NCBI GenBank assembly: GCA_964291265.2
Contig: OZ219746.1
Coordinates: 9,578-73,577, forward strand
Direction of reading: 5' to 3'
Source: Alphaproteobacteria bacterium
GTDB lineage: Bacteria; Pseudomonadota; Alphaproteobacteria; SP197
Length of the DNA: 64,000 bases
The notes beneath the pieces were generated by a model. That model did no database searches, was not told where the DNA came from, and saw only the letters and a list, made by a program, of their open reading frames with translations. The translations under genes and the position numbers were made by a program. Shown here one piece after another: positions 8,696 through 18,695 of the stretch; position 1 is the first letter of the stretch, and each line of letters starts with the position of its first letter.

Positions 8696-10000
8696 TTGAA
8701 GCCACCGGCGCATGCAGCCACCAATGGCTGGTACAGCATCCTTCCCCCACCGCCCCGGGCGCAACGTGTCGAGGGCACGGTCCGTGTGCCATGGGCCGTG
8801 GTCGGCGCCGGCTTCACCGGGCTGGCGGCGGCGCGCACGCTGGCCGGCCACCTGCCGGATCAGACGATCGCGCTCATCGAGGCGGAGCGGGTGGGCTTCG
8901 GCGCGTCGGGGAGAAATTCGGGCTTCGTCCTGGACTCCCACTTCATGCCGCAGCGGCTTCCGTTTGCCGATCCGGAACACGCCAGGGCGGCGACCCGTCT
9001 GTGCACCGGCGGCAGGGACATCCTGAAGGGTCTGGTGCGGCGACACCGGATCGCCTGTCACTGGCATGACTGGGGCAAGCTCTGGGTCGCCGGCTCTTCC
9101 GCCGGGGAGGAGGGCCTTCTTCGCCAGCGCCAGGGCAATGATGTGCTGGGTATCCGCCACCAGGTTCTCGATCGCGACGATGTCGAGGCGCTCACCGGGA
9201 CACGCTTCTACAGCGCGGGCCTCAAGGTCGAGGGCACGGCGCTGGTCAACCCGGCGGCGCTGTGCCGGGGCCTTGCCGACACCCTGCCGGCCAACGTCGC
9301 ACTCCATGAAGAGTCCCCGGTTCTCAAGTGCCACAAGGGGAATCCGCACCGGCTCGTGACTCCGGCAGGCGAGGTTGTCGCCGACGGGGTCATCCTCTGC
9401 ACGAACGTCTATTCGCCGTCCCTCGGTGTCGCCCGCCACGCGATGGCGCCCCTTGTTCTCTACGCCAGTCTGACCCGGCCCATGACGCCTCGAGAGACCA
9501 AGCTCGCAGGTGGAGACCGCCGCGGTTTTGGTCTGCTCCCGGCGGCGCGGGGCGGTTCGACCATCCAGCGCACCCCCGAAGGACGGCTGCTTGTCCGCAA
9601 CACCCTGGCATATGGCCCGGCTGCCGCGTCGCAGCCGACGAGGCTGGAGGCGGCACGACTCTGTCATGTCGATTCGATCCGCAAGCGCTGGCCGGCGATC
9701 GCGGACATCGACATCGAGCACACCTGGGGAGGGTGCGTCGGCATCACGCGCAACGACGGCCACATCTTCGGCGCCGTCGGCAATCGGCTGTGGGCGTCGA
9801 TCGGTTGCAACGGTGCGGGAGTATCGCGCGGCACCATGGCCGGTGTTCTCCTTGCCGATCTTGTGGCCGGCCGGGACTCGGACCTGTTGCGCGATCAGCA
9901 ACGCGTTCCCGCACCAGGCTGGATGCCGCCGGAACCCCTGCGCGGCCTGATCGGCCGGAGCCAACTCCGTCAGCACATGGCGGACATGGCCGAACGCTGA
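8696..10000 (+). CDS. FAD-dependent oxidoreductase (DAO family, PuuB-like)
   Basis: N-terminal dinucleotide-binding motif WAVVGAGFTGLAAARTL...IEAERVGFGASGRNSGFV in a 434-aa ORF. The start is a TTG and is uncertain. Confidence 0.7.
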   Translation: MKPPAHAATNGWYSILPPPPRAQRVEGTVRVPWAVVGAGFTGLAAARTLAGHLPDQTIALIEAERVGFGASGRNSGFVLDSHFMPQRLPFADPEHARAATRLCTGGRDILKGLVRRHRIACHWHDWGKLWVAGSSAGEEGLLRQRQGNDVLGIRHQVLDRDDVEALTGTRFYSAGLKVEGTALVNPAALCRGLADTLPANVALHEESPVLKCHKGNPHRLVTPAGEVVADGVILCTNVYSPSLGVARHAMAPLVLYASLTRPMTPRETKLAGGDRRGFGLLPAARGGSTIQRTPEGRLLVRNTLAYGPAAASQPTRLEAARLCHVDSIRKRWPAIADIDIEHTWGGCVGITRNDGHIFGAVGNRLWASIGCNGAGVSRGTMAGVLLADLVAGRDSDLLRDQQRVPAPGWMPPEPLRGLIGRSQLRQHMADMAER

Positions 10001-10045
10001 AGCGTCGATGTCGCAAGGACCCCCGTTTCGGCACGGCATTCGAAG

Positions 10046-11722
10046 TCAGGTGTGGGCGGCGGCGTCGATCTCGAAGAGGTCGCCGCGCTCGCGCAGCACC
10101 TCGTCGAGCCAGTCGGTGCGCATCTCCGGAGTCGAGGCGATGAGCTTGCGCGTGTAGGCCTCTTTCTGCGGCGGTGTGAAGATCTGCTCGGTCGTTCCCT
10201 GTTCCACCACCTCGCCCTGATACATCACCACGGTCCGGTCGGCGATGTTGCGCACGATACCGAGATCGTGGGTGATGAACATGTAGGCAAGATCCTTTTC
10301 CTGTTGCAGACGGTCAAGAAGTTTCAGGATGCCCGCGGCCACCACCTGGTCGAGGGCCGAGGTCACCTCGTCGCAGATGATGAGTTCGGGATCGGCGGCG
10401 AGGGCGCGTGCAATGCAGACCCTCTGCTTCTGGCCGCCCGACAGCTGGCCCGGGAAGCGGTCTGCGAATTCCCTGTCGAGATCGATTTCCTCGAGCAGGG
10501 CGAAGATCCGTTCCTCGCGCTCCCTGCCGGTGAGACCGAAGTAGAAGGTGAGGGGACGGCCGATGATCTCCGAGACGCGCTGCCTCGGGTTGATGGCGAC
10601 ATCGGGCATCTGGTAGATCATCTGGATCTTGCGCAACTCTTCCTTGTTGCGCTCCTTGAGGGCGAGCGACAGCTTCTGGCCGCCGAACTCGACATGGCCG
10701 CTGTGCGGCGGCAGGAGTCCCGTCACGGTCCGGGCCAGGGTGGACTTTCCGCTCCCCGATTCTCCAACGATGGCGACGGTCTCGCCCCGTCCGATCTCGA
10801 CACCGACATCCTTCAGGACGTCGATCTGGCCATCATAGGTGGCCGTGACCTTCCTGATGGCGAGCACCGGGTTCTCGGGCATGCCGGTGAAGATCTTGGT
10901 GTTGATGTCCTCGGTGCGCGCCGAGATCAGTTCCTTGGTGTAGGGCTCTTCCGGATCGTGGAGGATCTTGTCGGTGTCCCCCTGCTCGATCAGGTCGCCG
11001 TAACGCAGAACCATGATGCGGTCGGCGATCTGCGCCACCACCGCAAGGTCATGGGTGATGTAGAGCGCCGCGGTGTTGTTGTTGCGGATGAGGTCGCGCA
11101 CCGTGGCCAGCACCTCGATCTGCGTGGTGACGTCAAGGGCGGTGGTGGGTTCGTCGAGAACCAGGAGATCCGGTCCACAGGTCATGGCCATGGCCGACAT
11201 GACGCGTTGCAGCTGGCCACCCGATACCTGGTGGGGATAGCGCTTTCCGATGTGCGCCGGATCGGGAAGATCGAGCCTGGCGTAGAGATCTTCGGCGCGT
11301 TTCGTCGCCCTGGTGTGCGACATGACGCTGTGGCGCACCGCTGCTTCCGTCACCTGGTCATTCAGCCGCTTGGCCGGATTGAAGGCGGCGGCGGCGCTCT
11401 GCGCGATGTAGGCCGCCCGCACTCCCCTGATCTGACGCACGTCGTCTTCGTCCTGCTGGCGCAGGTCGGTGCCGGCAAAGAGAATCCGGCCGCCGGTGAT
11501 CAGGCAGCCCGGGCGGGCAAAGCACATGGAGGCGAGGCCGATGGTCGACTTGCCGGCGCCTGATTCGCCAATCAGGCCAAGGACCTCGCCACGCTTCAGG
11601 TTGATGTCGATGTCGTTGACGATGCGGAAAGGATTGCCGTCCGCGCCAAGCGCCTCGACGCGCAACGCCTGCATCTCCAGGAGGGTTTCGCCAGCGCCGG
11701 TGCCTGTGGTGTCCTCGTTCAC
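10046..11722 (-). CDS. ABC transporter ATP-binding protein with duplicated ATPase domains (Dpp/Opp/Gsi type)
   Basis: Two Walker A motifs (GESGAGKST, GESGSGKST), two signatures (VSGGQLQR, LSGGQKQR) and two Walker B motifs (LLVLDEPT, LIICDEVT). GTG start at 11722, 4 nt after the stop of the upstream permease gene. Confidence 0.9.
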   Translation of the reverse strand: MNEDTTGTGAGETLLEMQALRVEALGADGNPFRIVNDIDINLKRGEVLGLIGESGAGKSTIGLASMCFARPGCLITGGRILFAGTDLRQQDEDDVRQIRGVRAAYIAQSAAAAFNPAKRLNDQVTEAAVRHSVMSHTRATKRAEDLYARLDLPDPAHIGKRYPHQVSGGQLQRVMSAMAMTCGPDLLVLDEPTTALDVTTQIEVLATVRDLIRNNNTAALYITHDLAVVAQIADRIMVLRYGDLIEQGDTDKILHDPEEPYTKELISARTEDINTKIFTGMPENPVLAIRKVTATYDGQIDVLKDVGVEIGRGETVAIVGESGSGKSTLARTVTGLLPPHSGHVEFGGQKLSLALKERNKEELRKIQMIYQMPDVAINPRQRVSEIIGRPLTFYFGLTGREREERIFALLEEIDLDREFADRFPGQLSGGQKQRVCIARALAADPELIICDEVTSALDQVVAAGILKLLDRLQQEKDLAYMFITHDLGIVRNIADRTVVMYQGEVVEQGTTEQIFTPPQKEAYTRKLIASTPEMRTDWLDEVLRERGDLFEIDAAAHT

Positions 11723-11726
11723 GTGA

Positions 11727-12614
11727 TCATACCTCGAATTCAGTGGCCGCGGACCGGTTTGACCAGGCCAGCACGTAGTCGACCAGGAGGTTGGTTCCCA
11801 CGGCAAGAATGGCAATGGCGCCGGCTGGATAGAGCGGGGCTATGATGCCGTAGATGATGGCTGACGAGCTTTCACGCACCATGCCGCCCCAGTCCGCCAG
11901 GGGTGGCTGGATGCCCAGGCCAAGGAAACTCAGGGCGGCGATGAAGAGGAAGGCAAAGACAAAGCGCAGACCGAACTCCGCGATCAGCGGCAGGGTGGTG
12001 TTGGGCAGGATCTCGCGGGTCATGACCCACCAAAGTCCCTCGCCTCGCAGTCTTGCTGCCTCGACATACTCCATGACCGCAACGTCCATCGCGATGGCCC
12101 GCGACAGCCTGAAGACGCGCGTCGAGTCGAGGACGGCAATGACGGCCACGAGAACGAGAAGATCGGAGCCGAGAACGGAGATGACCACGAGCGCCATGAG
12201 GAGGGTGGGAATGGCCATCAGCGTCTCCACGAAACGCGACAGGATGCTGTCGAAGATGCCCCCCAGAACCGCGGCCGCAAACCCGGTGACGATCCCCATG
12301 AAGAAGGCGAGCACGGTGGCCACGAAGGCAATGGCAATGGTCGTGCGGGCGCCGTAGATGATGCGGGACAGCATGTCCCTGCCGATGTGATCGCCTCCCA
12401 GCCAGTGCTCGGCCGACACGGGAGCCCAGACATCGGTCACGAGTTCGGTCTCGCCGTAGGGTGCGAGCCAAGGTGCGAAGACGACCACGAAGAGGTTGAT
12501 GAGGATGATGGCGAGACCGACACGCGCCGTCAGGGGCATGCCGCCGAGAAACTGCTTGACGACCATCATCCTGGTCGGACGGACCCATTGTGCGGTTTCC
12601 GATGTGGTGACCAT
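11727..12614 (-). CDS. ABC transporter permease (DppC/GsiD-like)
   Basis: Multi-pass hydrophobic protein with a BPD_transp_1-like core (...AVLDSTRVFRLSRAIAMDVAVMEYVEAARLRGE...). It sits in an operon between a second permease and the ATPase. Confidence 0.85.
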   Translation of the reverse strand: MVTTSETAQWVRPTRMMVVKQFLGGMPLTARVGLAIILINLFVVVFAPWLAPYGETELVTDVWAPVSAEHWLGGDHIGRDMLSRIIYGARTTIAIAFVATVLAFFMGIVTGFAAAVLGGIFDSILSRFVETLMAIPTLLMALVVISVLGSDLLVLVAVIAVLDSTRVFRLSRAIAMDVAVMEYVEAARLRGEGLWWVMTREILPNTTLPLIAEFGLRFVFAFLFIAALSFLGLGIQPPLADWGGMVRESSSAIIYGIIAPLYPAGAIAILAVGTNLLVDYVLAWSNRSAATEFEV

Positions 12615-12624
12615 GACCTGCCTC

Positions 12625-13578
12625 CTACTTGGGATGCCTGAGACGCGGATTGGCGAGAATCGACGAGACATCCGCAATGAGCGTGAGGAGGATCCAGACA
12701 CCGGCGAAGATCATGACGCAGGCCTGGACCACCGGAACGTCCCGTTTCGAGACGGAATCCACCATGTACTGGCCCATGCCCGGATAGGTGAAGACGACTT
12801 CGACGACGACCACGCCGACGATGAGATAGGCCATGTTGAGCATGATCACCGTGATGATCGGCGACCACACGTTGGGCAAGGCATGCTGAACGACGATTCG
12901 CCAGTAAGGCACACCCTTGAGGTGCGCCATCTCTATGTAGGAACTCGACATGACCGCAATGACCGCGGCCCGGGTCATGCGCATCATGTGGGCCAGGGTG
13001 ACAAGGGTGAGTGTGACGGCAGGAAGCGCCATGGCCTCGAGGCGCATCAACAGGGTCATTTGGTCACTCACATTGGAGAGACTCGGGAACCATCTGAAGG
13101 TGACCGCGAACAGGATGATCAGAACGTATCCTATGAAGAACTCCGGCACGGAGATTGCCATCAGGCTGCCGACGGATATGCCCCTGTCGAGAGGCGTGTC
13201 CTGACGAATGGCGGAAAGCAGTCCGAGGGACACCGAAAGCGGAATGGCGATGACGGCGGCGAGCGCCGCCAGGAACAGCGTGTTCTCGAGCCGGAAACCC
13301 ACCTGCGGTGCGATCGGACGACGATTTCCCAGGGACGTGCCGAGGTCGCCCTGGACAAATCCCGCCAGCCAGTCCAGATAACGTTCATGGGGAGGGCGGT
13401 CGAGGCCGAGTTGCGCACGGATCGCTGCGGTGTTCTCTTCGGTGGCCGACTGACCGAGAATGGCGTTGGCAACATCACCTGGAAGTATCTCGGTGGCGAT
13501 GAAGATAATGACGGACACGCCCAGCAGGGTTCCAATGCCGATAGCGAGCCGTCTTGCCACCAGAGTCAGCATGCGCAC
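12625..13578 (-). CDS. ABC transporter permease (DppB/GsiC-like)
   Basis: MRMLTLVARRLAIGIGTLLGVSVIIFIATEILPGDVANAILG... is the typical DppB N-terminus, and the EAA-like loop SSSYIEMAHLKGVPYWRIVVQHALPN is present. Confidence 0.85.
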   Translation of the reverse strand: MRMLTLVARRLAIGIGTLLGVSVIIFIATEILPGDVANAILGQSATEENTAAIRAQLGLDRPPHERYLDWLAGFVQGDLGTSLGNRRPIAPQVGFRLENTLFLAALAAVIAIPLSVSLGLLSAIRQDTPLDRGISVGSLMAISVPEFFIGYVLIILFAVTFRWFPSLSNVSDQMTLLMRLEAMALPAVTLTLVTLAHMMRMTRAAVIAVMSSSYIEMAHLKGVPYWRIVVQHALPNVWSPIITVIMLNMAYLIVGVVVVEVVFTYPGMGQYMVDSVSKRDVPVVQACVMIFAGVWILLTLIADVSSILANPRLRHPK

Positions 13579-13704
13579 ATTCCGTTTCCACCCCGGACAT
13601 TCAAGCGGACTCGGCGGAGATTTGCAAATGACAAGCGGAACCGGCAGCCCGTCAGGGACCGCGATGGCCGGCGCAGAACGGCCTGCCGCGCCGTCCTTCC
13701 CGTG

Positions 13705-14295
13705 ATGTCGGGCGTCTGGATCTTTGGATACGGTTCGCTCATCTGGCGGCCCGCCATGGCCTTCCGGGCCCGTCGCGTGGCGCGTCTTGCCGGCTGGAAG
13801 CGGCGTTTCTGGCAGGGTTCACACGACCATCGAGGCTTGCCCCAGGCGCCCGGACGCGTGGTTACCCTGATTGCCGCGCCACGGACCTGCTGCGACGGCA
13901 TGGCCTATCTCGTCGACAGGGACGAGGTGGAGACGGTTTTCCGCGATCTCGACCATCGCGAGAAGAACGGCTATGAGCGTCATGCGGTCAGCCCGACGTT
14001 CCGTGACGGGGGCGTCGTCGACGCCATCGTCTACATCGCCGCCGTCGCCAACCATGCTTGGCTCGGTCCGGCTGGCGACGACGAGATGGTGAGGCAGATC
14101 TGCCAAGCGGCCGGCCCGAGCGGCCCCAACATCGACTATCTCAACGATCTTGCGGCGGCCTTGCGGGACCTGGAGATCGATGACCCTCATGTCTTCCGGC
14201 TCGAGAGCCTGGCACACGCCTTCATGGCCCGCCAGGAGGGCACTCACGCAACACAACAGCTGCAGCACGTCGCCAGCGGCGTCCGCACCCGGTGA
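13705..14295 (+). CDS. chaC: Gamma-glutamylcyclotransferase, ChaC family (glutathione-specific)
   Basis: VWIFGYGSLIWRP...AGWKRRFWQGSHDHRGLPQAPGRVVTL...REKNGYER... are ChaC hallmark motifs. Transcribed divergently from the ABC permease operon. Confidence 0.8.
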   Translation: MSGVWIFGYGSLIWRPAMAFRARRVARLAGWKRRFWQGSHDHRGLPQAPGRVVTLIAAPRTCCDGMAYLVDRDEVETVFRDLDHREKNGYERHAVSPTFRDGGVVDAIVYIAAVANHAWLGPAGDDEMVRQICQAAGPSGPNIDYLNDLAAALRDLEIDDPHVFRLESLAHAFMARQEGTHATQQLQHVASGVRTR

Positions 14296-14424
14296 TGGCA
14301 CGAAGTCCTCGATGCACATGACCATGCACAGCCTGACAGCACAGCCGAACTCCTGTTACTGCCCCCAACTTGCAATCACCAAGCAAACCTCAGCGCAGAT
14401 CGTCATCACCGCACGAACGAACGC

Positions 14425-14953
14425 TTGCCCCTGTCACGCGCCAGCCGTTCGAGCCGGCGGCGGAACCGGCAGCACCGCGTCTCGCGGAAGCTGGCCGGCG
14501 GAACGGTCGTCGTGGAAGGTCCGAAGACCGCCGACATGACCAGGAGTGCAAAGGGCACGGTCGAGCATCCCGGGACGAACGTGAAGGCGAAGTCCGGGCT
14601 GAACCGCGGGATCCTCGCCACCGGTTGGGGCGAGGTGCGGGTGATGCCCGGCTGCAGGGCTCCGCGCCTCGTCTGAGGTGAACGCGGCGCATGTCAGCCA
14701 GACGTGTGCGGAGTGCAACAACGGCTTGACTGACGCCGCCTCGCGTCCGTCGCAGGCGACATTCACATGCGTGGCCTCATGCCATGCGGACCTGAATGCG
14801 GCCCGCAACATCAGGCGTCGGGGACTGGCGCATCGGCACGGGGATGGAGCGTTGCCGCCAGGCACTCCGATGATCCGTGACACGGATCGCAGACTGGCGG
14901 CATGTGCCTTCCAGTCAACGATACAAGTCCCCAAAGACGGGGGATCAGCCTGA
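14425..14953 (+). pseudogene. tnpB: IS200/IS605-type TnpB (OrfB) 3' relic
   Basis: ...GTNVKAKSGLNRGILATGWGE... in one frame, then NAAHVSQTCAECNNG...SQATFTCVASCHADLNAARNIRRRG (zinc-ribbon plus RuvC-III motif) in another. The N-terminal two thirds of the protein are absent. Confidence 0.65.
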
Positions 14954-16123
14954 CGGGTTCGGAGCCGGTACATTTCGGTCCGGCACCCCTGTCCCCCGGC
15001 CCCTTGGAGGGCCGCCGTGCCCCTGAATGGCAGGGCTCACCTCCGGAACCGCTTCCCCCGGCTCCGCGGGAAACTGCCGGATGTGCATCGCAGGGACGGG
15101 CAGCATCCCGAGAACCGTGTGCCAGTAGGACCAGGAGCGTGGATCGAAGATCCCGGGCCAGGCATTGCGCAAGGCGTCGCGCAACGCTTCGTCCCCGTAG
15201 GCGCGGCGAATCGTCGCCGTATCCTCCGATGAGCCGTAGATCATCGCATGACTCAGGAACTGGACCTCGTCGCGCAGTGTCTCGTGAGGCGGCTGGAACC
15301 ATACCACCCGCCGCGCAATCTCAAGCAGGGCCGGCTCGGCCGGACCGAGGGGAGTCTGCTCCGGACTGCGGTCCGGGGAGGCTGGCTCCCTTGCTCCGAG
15401 GGCGTCATCCGAAATCTCGCAAGCCATTGTCGTGCTCCGTTGCTGTTCCGTCGGGACAAGGCGCGCGTGCGGTCCGAACACCGGCAGGTTCTTGACATTG
15501 ACCGCTGCAACGGCCTGCGTCAGGTTGACACGAACTTCATTCGGCACCTGGTGCAGATTGCCGTCTGCGTAATGAGCAAGCGCCTTGAGCGTCACCAGGG
15601 GATTGAACTCAGGGCCGAATACGGCATTGGCGGCCCCCAGCGCCTCCTCAAGCGAGAGACCCGATCGCAGCAGGGCGTCCAGGTCGATATAGTCCTTGGC
15701 ATTGGCACGCGATTGAACCGCAGCCGCCTTTGTCGCGGCGATATCCAGCAAGGACGCCACGAGAATGCCAGGTCCGTCCGCCTTGTCCGGGTCGTTGACG
15801 CTGGACATACCGAGGCCTCCGAAAAACGACACCATCACCTCGCCATCCAGGTTCAGAACGCATGACAGGGTGTTTTCCTCGCTTCGGGTCGTCAGGCTTC
15901 CGCTCAAGTAGGGAATGTGTCTCCGGAGCGAATCGGGCTGGAAGGCGTCGCGGGAAAAGAAATCGAAGTCGACGGACTGACGATGCCCCAGCCTCAATGC
16001 AAGCGCTGTGCCTCCATAAAGAACGAAGCCCGACGGCGTACCGCCAAGCATTTTCCACAGACGTCTCTGCGGCTCGGGGAGCACATTGATGTCGAAGTAC
16101 AGGGGCACGCTTTTCAATAGCAT
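14945..16123 (-). CDS. AbiEii/AbiGii-family nucleotidyltransferase (type IV TA toxin-like) with an uncharacterised C-terminal extension of about 160 aa
   Basis: N-terminal approx 230 aa: ...RRLWKMLGGTPSGFVLYGGTALALRLGHRQSVDFDFF...LDIAATKAAAVQSRANAKDYIDLDALL..., the DUF1814/AbiEii pattern. The ORF then continues for about 160 aa with no similarity that I recognise. Confidence 0.6.
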   Translation of the reverse strand: MLLKSVPLYFDINVLPEPQRRLWKMLGGTPSGFVLYGGTALALRLGHRQSVDFDFFSRDAFQPDSLRRHIPYLSGSLTTRSEENTLSCVLNLDGEVMVSFFGGLGMSSVNDPDKADGPGILVASLLDIAATKAAAVQSRANAKDYIDLDALLRSGLSLEEALGAANAVFGPEFNPLVTLKALAHYADGNLHQVPNEVRVNLTQAVAAVNVKNLPVFGPHARLVPTEQQRSTTMACEISDDALGAREPASPDRSPEQTPLGPAEPALLEIARRVVWFQPPHETLRDEVQFLSHAMIYGSSEDTATIRRAYGDEALRDALRNAWPGIFDPRSWSYWHTVLGMLPVPAMHIRQFPAEPGEAVPEVSPAIQGHGGPPRGRGTGVPDRNVPAPNPSG

Positions 16124-16440
16124 GGTACCCTCCCGGGTTCCACGGCAACGCCCATAGGGGCATCATGAGGCCGGTCGACGGGCGGGCCTCGCCGTCACCT
16201 GTTCCATGCAAATCCCCTTCCGTCGCCCGCCAGGCGCCTGGTCGCGATGGCGCGGCGGGAGCGGCCGGTCCCCCGCCAGCCCGGCCACGACATGCGCGAG
16301 CTCGGCATCGACGGTCCCGGCAAAACGGCCCCTCATCTCGCCCCTGCAATCCCGCTTGAAGGCCGCGGTCAGGCGGTGGCGAACCTGCGGACCTCGACCG
16401 GCGCCCGGTTGTGCTGCGCGTGCCAGAGATCTTACTGCAT

Positions 16441-16644
16441 CTATTGGGCCAGCCAGCTCTCGGGGCTGCCGCCGAAGGCGTTGGACAAGCGGATCGTTAT
16501 CTCGGGCGAGATGCCGGGGCGGCCGTTGAGCAGCATCGACAGGGTGTTGCGCGAGACCGAAAGGCCCTTTGCGGCCTCGGTCACGGTCAGTCCGAGGGGA
16601 TCGAGGCACTGGCGCCGGATGAGCGCGCCGGGATGGGGCGGGTG
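16441..16644 (-). pseudogene. higA: HigA-like XRE-family antitoxin relic (no start codon, C-terminally short)
   Basis: Manual translation gives HPPHPGALIRRQCLDPLGLTVTEAAKGLSVSRNTLSMLLNGRPGISPEITIRLSNAFGGSPESWLAQ*. This frame is immediately preceded by an in-frame TAA (16645..16647) and has no usable start codon. Confidence 0.6.
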
Positions 16645-16962
16645 TTACATGAGCATGGGCATGACCTCCCGGTGGTGGCCCGGATAGCCGATGTCGCGGC
16701 ATGACCGTTCTTGAAGCGGAAGACCACCCGCCAGTTGGCACGGACCGTGACCGCCCAGAACCCGGCATACGTACCGCTGAGCGGGTGCAGCCGAAAACCG
16801 GTCAGGTCCATGTCGTCCGGTGCGGCCGACGCGTTGCGCCGTACTAAGATGTCGCGCCAAGCGTTTCGCGTACTCCGGGTGGATGCGGCGTTCGTCGCCG
16901 TGTTCCATGAACCGCCTGAGCGCTTCGCGCGGAACGTACCGACGACGCCGGTGCACAACCAT
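16645..16962 (-). pseudogene. higB: HigB/RelE-type toxin relic (frameshifted)
   Basis: The N-terminal part (...ALRRFMEHGDERRIHPEYAKRLARHLSTAQR) and the extreme C-terminus (..DIGYPGHH) are in one frame. The core DMDLTGFRLHPLSGTYAGFWAVTVRANWRVVFRFKNGHA is in another. Confidence 0.6.
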
Positions 16963-17534
16963 CGTCCATGAGGACGAGATCCGTGTCCTCGCCGTCCACA
17001 TGTCGAAGCCGAACCAGCGCAAACAACACGGCCCACCCGACACGGATCAGGCGATCGCGACATTCGCCAACACCTGAGCGCCTCGCCGGATTCATCCCGT
17101 CGCGGCGCCAGCCCATGCCGAGCACTCACATGCTCCGGGACGAATGCCTGATCCTGTCAATCTTCCCCGAACACCACCGCCATGCGCGAAGACGCCAACA
17201 TCGAGTTGACTGTGTGCCGTTGAAAGGTCCCGGGTCTCGCCCGCATTCGATCAGTTCCATCATGCCCCTGTCGCTGCGTGACCGAACGCTTGGGTCCAAT
17301 GAGCGTGCTGATCCATGTTGGTGAACTCCACTCGGTTGCCGGGCAGCGCATCTCGCAGAAGAGCTTCGGACTGGAACTGCTTCGCGGAATGGACGGGACG
17401 ACAGCTGCTCCTGACGTATCCTGAATCGCCACGGCGCGACTCGGGTCTGGCAGGAAACGCCCGCGTCGTGTGATTGACTCGCCGATGCCCGACTGTCAGC
17501 ATGCCGTCATATTTCGTAGATAAATGACGGCAAC

Positions 17535-18695
17535 ATGGCAGGCGAGACCTATCCGCGGCTGATCCGGCCGCCCGGGCAGAGCTTCTTTCTCCTCGGCGTC
17601 CGCGGGGTCGGCAAGAGCACCTGGGCCCGAGAGCAGTTTCCCGATGCGCCGCGCATCGATCTCCTCGACGAGGCCCGCTACCAGGACTACCTGGCCGATC
17701 CATCCCTCTTCGCCGCGGATCTCCAGTCCGCGCCGCCCGGCAGCTGGGTGGTCGTCGACGAGGTCCAGCGCCTTCCGAATCTCCTCAACGAAGTGCACCG
17801 GCACATCGAGGACCGCCGCCTCAACTTCGCTCTGCTCGGATCGAGCGCGCGCAAGCTCAAGGCGTCCGGCGTCAACCTGCTTGCCGGCCGGGCGTTGCAC
17901 AGGACGATGCATCCCCTGACCCCGGCGGAGCTCGGCGACGACTTCGATCTCGATGCGGCCCTCGGCACCGGAACGATCCCCCTCGTCTGGGTCGCCGACG
18001 GCCGGCGAGCGGTGCTCGAGAGCTATGTCCGGCTTTATCTCCGCGAAGAAGTCCGGGCCGAGGGGCTGGTCCGAAACCTGCCGGGTTTCGCGCGCTTCCT
18101 GCCGGTCGCCGCCCTCTACCACGGCCAGGTCGTCAATATCTCCGGCATCGCGCGCGATTGCGGCGTCGCCCGCACCACGGTGCAGGGCTATATGGACATT
18201 CTCGAGGACACATGGCTCGCCTTCCGCCTCCCCGCCTTCCAGCCGCGCCTGCGGGCGCGGGAGCGACGTCATCCGAAACTCTACTGGGTCGATACCGGCC
18301 TGGTCCGCGCGGTGAAGAAGCTTCACGGGCCGATCGCGCCCGAGGAACGCGGTGCACTCCTGGAAGGCTGGGTCCTCCACCTCCTGCGAGCGCACGGCGA
18401 GCAGGGCGGACTGTTCGACGAGTTGCACTATTGGGCGCCGCACCCGGCGAACCGCACCGAGGTCGACTTCTTGCTCCGCCGGGACAGCGAGCTGACCGCG
18501 ATCGAGGTCAAGTCCCAGCCCCGCTATCACACCGGCATGCTGCCCGGGCTGCGCGCGCTCGCAGAGTTGTCGGGAGTCGCGCGACGCGTGCTGGTCTACA
18601 GCGGCAAGCGATCCTTCCGAACCAGGGACGGGATCGACGTGTGGTCCATCGAACGGCTACAACAGGCGTTCGCCGAAAACGCTCTGTGGCCCTAG
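17535..18695 (+). CDS. AAA ATPase with DUF4143 C-terminal domain (AAA_14 family)
   Basis: Walker A motif FFLLGVRGVGKSTWAR and Walker B motif WVVVDEVQRLP. The C-terminal ...EVDFLLRRDSELTAIEVK is typical of the DUF4143 PD-(D/E)XK-like module. Confidence 0.75.
   Translation: MAGETYPRLIRPPGQSFFLLGVRGVGKSTWAREQFPDAPRIDLLDEARYQDYLADPSLFAADLQSAPPGSWVVVDEVQRLPNLLNEVHRHIEDRRLNFALLGSSARKLKASGVNLLAGRALHRTMHPLTPAELGDDFDLDAALGTGTIPLVWVADGRRAVLESYVRLYLREEVRAEGLVRNLPGFARFLPVAALYHGQVVNISGIARDCGVARTTVQGYMDILEDTWLAFRLPAFQPRLRARERRHPKLYWVDTGLVRAVKKLHGPIAPEERGALLEGWVLHLLRAHGEQGGLFDELHYWAPHPANRTEVDFLLRRDSELTAIEVKSQPRYHTGMLPGLRALAELSGVARRVLVYSGKRSFRTRDGIDVWSIERLQQAFAENALWP

Noticed and set aside
8150-10039. Very long ORFs antisense to, or out of frame with, recognisable genes. 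Examples: 8150..10039(-), 10052..11563(+), 12496..14295(+) 5' part, 21015..22700(-), 39498..41108(-), 42991..44634(-), 45475..46362(-), 47779..48993(-), 58465..60174(-), 61083..63200(+).
   Set aside because: These are typical GC-rich shadow ORFs. They are Arg/Pro/Gly/Ala-rich, contain no recognisable motifs, and each overlaps a gene with clear family signatures on the other strand or frame.
16124-16440. An AbiEi-type antitoxin gene expected upstream of the AbiEii-like gene.
   Set aside because: None of the three minus-strand frames gave a recognisable wHTH/AbiEi pattern or a start-to-stop ORF consistent with one. Left unannotated.
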